Shown: one piece after another, positions 60,877 through 64,000 of the stretch | Layout: every line of letters begins with the position of its first letter | How positions within the stretch are numbered: position 1 is the first letter of the stretch | From: an uncultured Dyella sp. | GTDB taxonomy: Bacteria > Pseudomonadota > Gammaproteobacteria > Xanthomonadales > Rhodanobacteraceae | Assembly (NCBI GenBank): GCA_966430775.1 | Contig: CBJMMB010000004.1 | Coordinates: forward strand, 3,370-67,369 | Length of the DNA: 64,000 bases | Direction of reading: 5' to 3' | Position numbers and translations under genes: made by a program | The notes under the pieces: generated by a model | Databases searched by the model: none | What the model was told of the DNA's origin: nothing | What the model saw: only the letters and a program-made list of their open reading frames with translations

Positions 60877-61343
60877 GGCTGTGGCTTGTCCTGACTGGCG
60901 GCTTCATCGATGCGCTTGCCGGCATGCGCCTTGGCCATCGCATCCTTCAGCTCTTTCGGCATGTAGGTTTCGTCGTGCTTGGCCAGCACTTCGGTGGCGA
61001 CGAAGCGCGCACCATCCATATGGCCGGTGGCGATCACCGACTGATTCTCGCGAAACAGGTCGGGCAGGATGCCGTTGTATTCCACCGGCATCGCACCGCT
61101 CGCATCCACCACGGTGAAAGTGACTTTCAGCGAGTCGCTGCTGCGCTGGATCGAACCGGCCTTCACCATGCCGCCGAGTCGAAATTGCTTGTAGCTGTTC
61201 GCATCGCCCGCCTGCACCTGGCTGGGGGTGAACAGGTAATTCATGTTCTGCTGCAGCGCGTAGACCACCAGGGCCGCCGCCACGATCACGGCGGTGAGGA
61301 TGGCGATGATGAGGGTGAGGCGGCGTTGACGCGTGGGGTTCAT
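60873..61343 (-). CDS. ccmE: heme chaperone CcmE
   Basis: [25 protein letters not shown]. Confidence 0.95.
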   Translation of the reverse strand: MNPTRQRRLTLIIAILTAVIVAAALVVYALQQNMNYLFTPSQVQAGDANSYKQFRLGGMVKAGSIQRSSDSLKVTFTVVDASGAMPVEYNGILPDLFRENQSVIATGHMDGARFVATEVLAKHDETYMPKELKDAMAKAHAGKRIDEAASQDKPQP

Positions 61344-61351
61344 GGATACGT

Positions 61352-61564
61352 TTACGTTGAAGCTGCAGAAGGCCGGCTTGCCCGTTCCTGACGCGCGCCT
61401 TGCCGCGCCATGCGCGCACGCAACTCGCGCAACACGCGTCGACGACGAAACTGCGGCGCGAGCCAGTCGATCAGCAGCACGATGAAGAACACGCCATACG
61501 CCGGCCACACGTAGATCGCGTAGCCGCCCATGGCAAGGAAGGATTGCAGCGATGTGGCGTTCAT
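61352..61564 (-). CDS. ccmD: heme exporter protein CcmD
   Basis: [16 protein letters not shown] plus a basic tail. Confidence 0.9.
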   Translation of the reverse strand: MNATSLQSFLAMGGYAIYVWPAYGVFFIVLLIDWLAPQFRRRRVLRELRARMARQGARQERASRPSAAST

Positions 61565-62319
61565 CCGCGCACCTCGTTCTCGGCGATCTGCCGCACCCAG
61601 TCCTTGCCGCTTTCCCAGGCGAGCAGATCGGTGCGCGCACGTCCGCACAGGCTGGCGATGTAATAGAGCTTGGTGGCGACCATCATCGTCAGCAGCGGCC
61701 ACACCATCGACGGCGCGATGGTGGAAGGGCCGAGCAGCTTGATGGTGGAACCTTGATGCAAGGTGTTCCACCAGTTCACCGAGAAATGCACGATCGGCAC
61801 GTTGACGATGCCGATCAGCGCGAGAAACGCCGCCGTGCGCGCGCCTTGCCGGCGATCCTCGAACGAGTGGTACAGCGCGATCACACCCAGGTACAGAAAC
61901 AGCAGCACCAGTTCGGAGGTGAGCCGCGCATCCCAGGTCCACCACGTGCCCCACATGCGTACGCCCCACAGCGAACCGGTGACCAGCGTGATGAAGGTAA
62001 ACGCGGCGCCGATCGGTGCGGACGCCATCGCCACCACTTCCGCCAGCTTGATGCGCCATACCAGCGCAATGAAGGCGGCAATGCCCATCACGCCATAGAT
62101 AAACAGGCTCATCCAGGCACTGGGCACGTGGATGAAGATGATGCGGTAGTCATCGCCCTGCTGGTAATCCGATGGCGCCAGCACCAGGCCGCCGTACAGC
62201 GCGACCAGACCGAGCACCAGCGCAAGCGCGATCGCCCATGGCCGCAGCGCGCCGGCGAAGCGGTAGAACACCGGCGGCGAACTCAGCTTGTGCAACCATA
62301 GAGGGATCCAGTTGGCCAT
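61561..62319 (-). CDS. ccmC: heme exporter protein CcmC
   Basis: [25 protein letters not shown]. Confidence 0.95.
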   Translation of the reverse strand: MANWIPLWLHKLSSPPVFYRFAGALRPWAIALALVLGLVALYGGLVLAPSDYQQGDDYRIIFIHVPSAWMSLFIYGVMGIAAFIALVWRIKLAEVVAMASAPIGAAFTFITLVTGSLWGVRMWGTWWTWDARLTSELVLLFLYLGVIALYHSFEDRRQGARTAAFLALIGIVNVPIVHFSVNWWNTLHQGSTIKLLGPSTIAPSMVWPLLTMMVATKLYYIASLCGRARTDLLAWESGKDWVRQIAENEVRG

Positions 62320-62321
62320 GG

Positions 62322-63017
62322 CTACGAATCCAATGCAATTCGGAGTGCAGCCGCGCAAGCCATAGGGGCAAGCACCACGGCCAGGACGAGCGCTGCGCCC
62401 AACCACGCGATGGGGGCGATCCACGGCAACCCTTCCTGGGCGGCTGCCAGTGCCCCGGCGGCGAAGATCACCACCGGCACGCAAAGCGGCAGCAGCATCA
62501 AGGCCAGCAGCATACCAGAGCGTCGCGTACCGGCCGTCAGCGCCACCAGGATGCCGCCGAGCAGGCTGAGCAACGGTGTTGCCAGCAACAGCGCCGCCAA
62601 TAGCACCGGCATGACGGCACCCGGCAGATGCAGCATGCCGGCCAACAGCGGCGCGATCACGATCAGCGGCAAGGCGGTAGCCAGCCAGTGCGCGAGGATC
62701 TTCATGCCCAGCATCAGGCCCAGCGGTTGCGGCGCCAGCATCAGTTGTTCCAGCGAACCGTCTTCGATATCGCTGCGGAACATCGCATCCAGCGCCAGCA
62801 GCATCGCCAGCAACACCGTCACCAGCACCACGCCGCCGGCGATGCGCTTGAGCAAGGCGTTTTCCGGACCGAGCGCGAAGGGGAATAGCGAAGTGACGAT
62901 CAAGGCGTACAGCACCGGTAGCAGCATGTCGCCGCGCTGGCGCCACGCCAAGGTGAGATCTCGGCGCAGTACCGCGCTGCATGCGTGGAGGAGGCCAGGG
63001 CGAGCGGTATCAGCCAT
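62322..63017 (-). CDS. ccmB: heme exporter permease CcmB
   Basis: LFPFALG, FRSDIEDGSLEQL, LPLCVPVVIF. Confidence 0.93.
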   Translation of the reverse strand: MADTARPGLLHACSAVLRRDLTLAWRQRGDMLLPVLYALIVTSLFPFALGPENALLKRIAGGVVLVTVLLAMLLALDAMFRSDIEDGSLEQLMLAPQPLGLMLGMKILAHWLATALPLIVIAPLLAGMLHLPGAVMPVLLAALLLATPLLSLLGGILVALTAGTRRSGMLLALMLLPLCVPVVIFAAGALAAAQEGLPWIAPIAWLGAALVLAVVLAPMACAAALRIALDS

Positions 63018-63645
63018 GCAGGCGAATCCGCTGCGGCTCGCCGCCGTGAAACTGCACCGCGCCATGGCTGCTCACCAGCGCCGCGCCGCCGTGCGCGATA
63101 TGCGCTTCCAGCAACGCATCCACCAGCTCGATGCCGGAGCGGTCCAGGTTGGCGTAGGGTTCGTCCAGCAGCCATAGCGCAGCGGGAATCAGCAGCAGGC
63201 GCGCCAGCGCCACGCGTTTTTTCTGGCCCGCGGAAAGTTTGCGCACTGGCTCATCGTCGTATCCGGTCAATCCAACCTGGGTAAGTGCGCCGTCGATGCC
63301 GCTTTGGTTGCGGTGGCCGTGCAGGCCGATGGTGAAGCCGAGGTTTTCGCGCGGGCTCAGTTCCGCTTTCAAACCCAGTTGATGACCCAGGAACACCACC
63401 TCGCCGCTGCAGCGATCCCAGCTAAGCGGCTTGCCGCGCCACAGCAGCTCGCCTTCTTCCGGGTGCAGCAAACCGGTGAGGATGCGCATCAAGGTGGTCT
63501 TGCCGCTGCCGTTGTCGCCTTCGATCAGCATCAGCTCGCCGGGCGAAAGCGCGAAATCCAGCGGACCGAACACGACTTCGTCCTGGCGGTGGAAGGCCAG
63601 GGCGCGGGCTTCTAGCAGGAAGGCAGCGGCAGGGGTGTCAGTCAT
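63010..63645 (-). CDS. ccmA: heme export ABC ATPase CcmA
   Basis: GDNGSGKTT, LSAGQKKRVALARL, WLLDEP. Confidence 0.94.
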   Translation of the reverse strand: MTDTPAAAFLLEARALAFHRQDEVVFGPLDFALSPGELMLIEGDNGSGKTTLMRILTGLLHPEEGELLWRGKPLSWDRCSGEVVFLGHQLGLKAELSPRENLGFTIGLHGHRNQSGIDGALTQVGLTGYDDEPVRKLSAGQKKRVALARLLLIPAALWLLDEPYANLDRSGIELVDALLEAHIAHGGAALVSSHGAVQFHGGEPQRIRLHG

Positions 63646-63666
63646 CACCGGCATTGTGGGTAATGC

Positions 63667-64000
63667 CTATCCGGCTTGTCCACGCGGCGGCTGGTCGCTG
63701 GTCAGGCGCAGGCGCGCGTAGCCGTCGGCCAGTCCGTGCACATAGGCGTTCTGGCGGAATTGCTGCGCCAGCGCGTCGGTATCCGCCAGGGCGGGGCCGA
63801 CCACGAACAGGCTCGGTTCCCGCCAACCGTCGCCTACGCCGATGGCCGGCCGGATGGTGCGGGTCGCCGGCAGCCTGCGCAACGCGACCAGCAGGGCATG
63901 CTGCGCAGCATGGTTCTGCTTGCGCGGGCACGGTTGCGAGAACGGGTTCCAGGCGGTGAGGAAGGCCCAGCAGTTGGAGCCGACCCAGCCACGCAGCAGC
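63667..64000 (-). CDS. DUF3293-family protein, 5' end outside the window
   Basis: Frame is open from the window edge: WAFLTAWNPFS...GWREPS...AQQFRQNA. Confidence 0.7.
   Translation of the reverse strand, partial: LLRGWVGSNCWAFLTAWNPFSQPCPRKQNHAAQHALLVALRRLPATRTIRPAIGVGDGWREPSLFVVGPALADTDALAQQFRQNAYVHGLADGYARLRLTSDQPPRGQAG

Noticed and set aside
60873-62982. Apparent long N-terminal extensions on ccmE, ccmD and ccmC in the ORF track
   Set aside because: Artefacts of upstream open frames overlapping neighbouring genes; normal starts give normal sizes.

Overview
High-GC gammaproteobacterial chromosome segment. Gene content and protein sequences point to Xanthomonadales, probably Rhodanobacteraceae (Dyella/Rhodanobacter-like); this is an inference. 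The housekeeping backbone is amiC-mutL, uvrA, rplU-rpmA-obgE, rpsT, murJ-ribF-ileS-lspA, tRNA-Leu(CAA) and ccmABCDEFGHI. Three accessory blocks interrupt it. (1) About 10.3-25.8 kb is an adhesin locus: an RcsB-like regulator and a REC-Hpt protein, a 1082-aa Ig-like-repeat protein with a fimbrial-lectin-like tip, a ~2480-aa YadA-like head/stalk protein with no signal peptide and no beta-barrel anchor (split by a 1-bp frameshift), and a convergent complete trimeric autotransporter. The two large proteins share an identical 44-bp translation-start region and the same N-terminal MKKHNGNGH leader. (2) A Wadjet jetABCD anti-plasmid system lies after obgE. (3) A pgaABCD (PNAG) operon has a perfect CRP/Clp box upstream. 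The most notable unannotated signals are a 20-aa leader peptide ending in four Ile codons, coupled to the ribF stop and placed before ileS (candidate Ile attenuator); the shared non-Sec leader of the two large adhesin-like proteins; a tandem 55-bp anti-SD sRNA-like repeat; an RcsAB-like box; and an apparently mosaic IleS. At least four REP/REPIN families are present. All assignments come from reading the sequence and recalling family motifs; no database searches were run.
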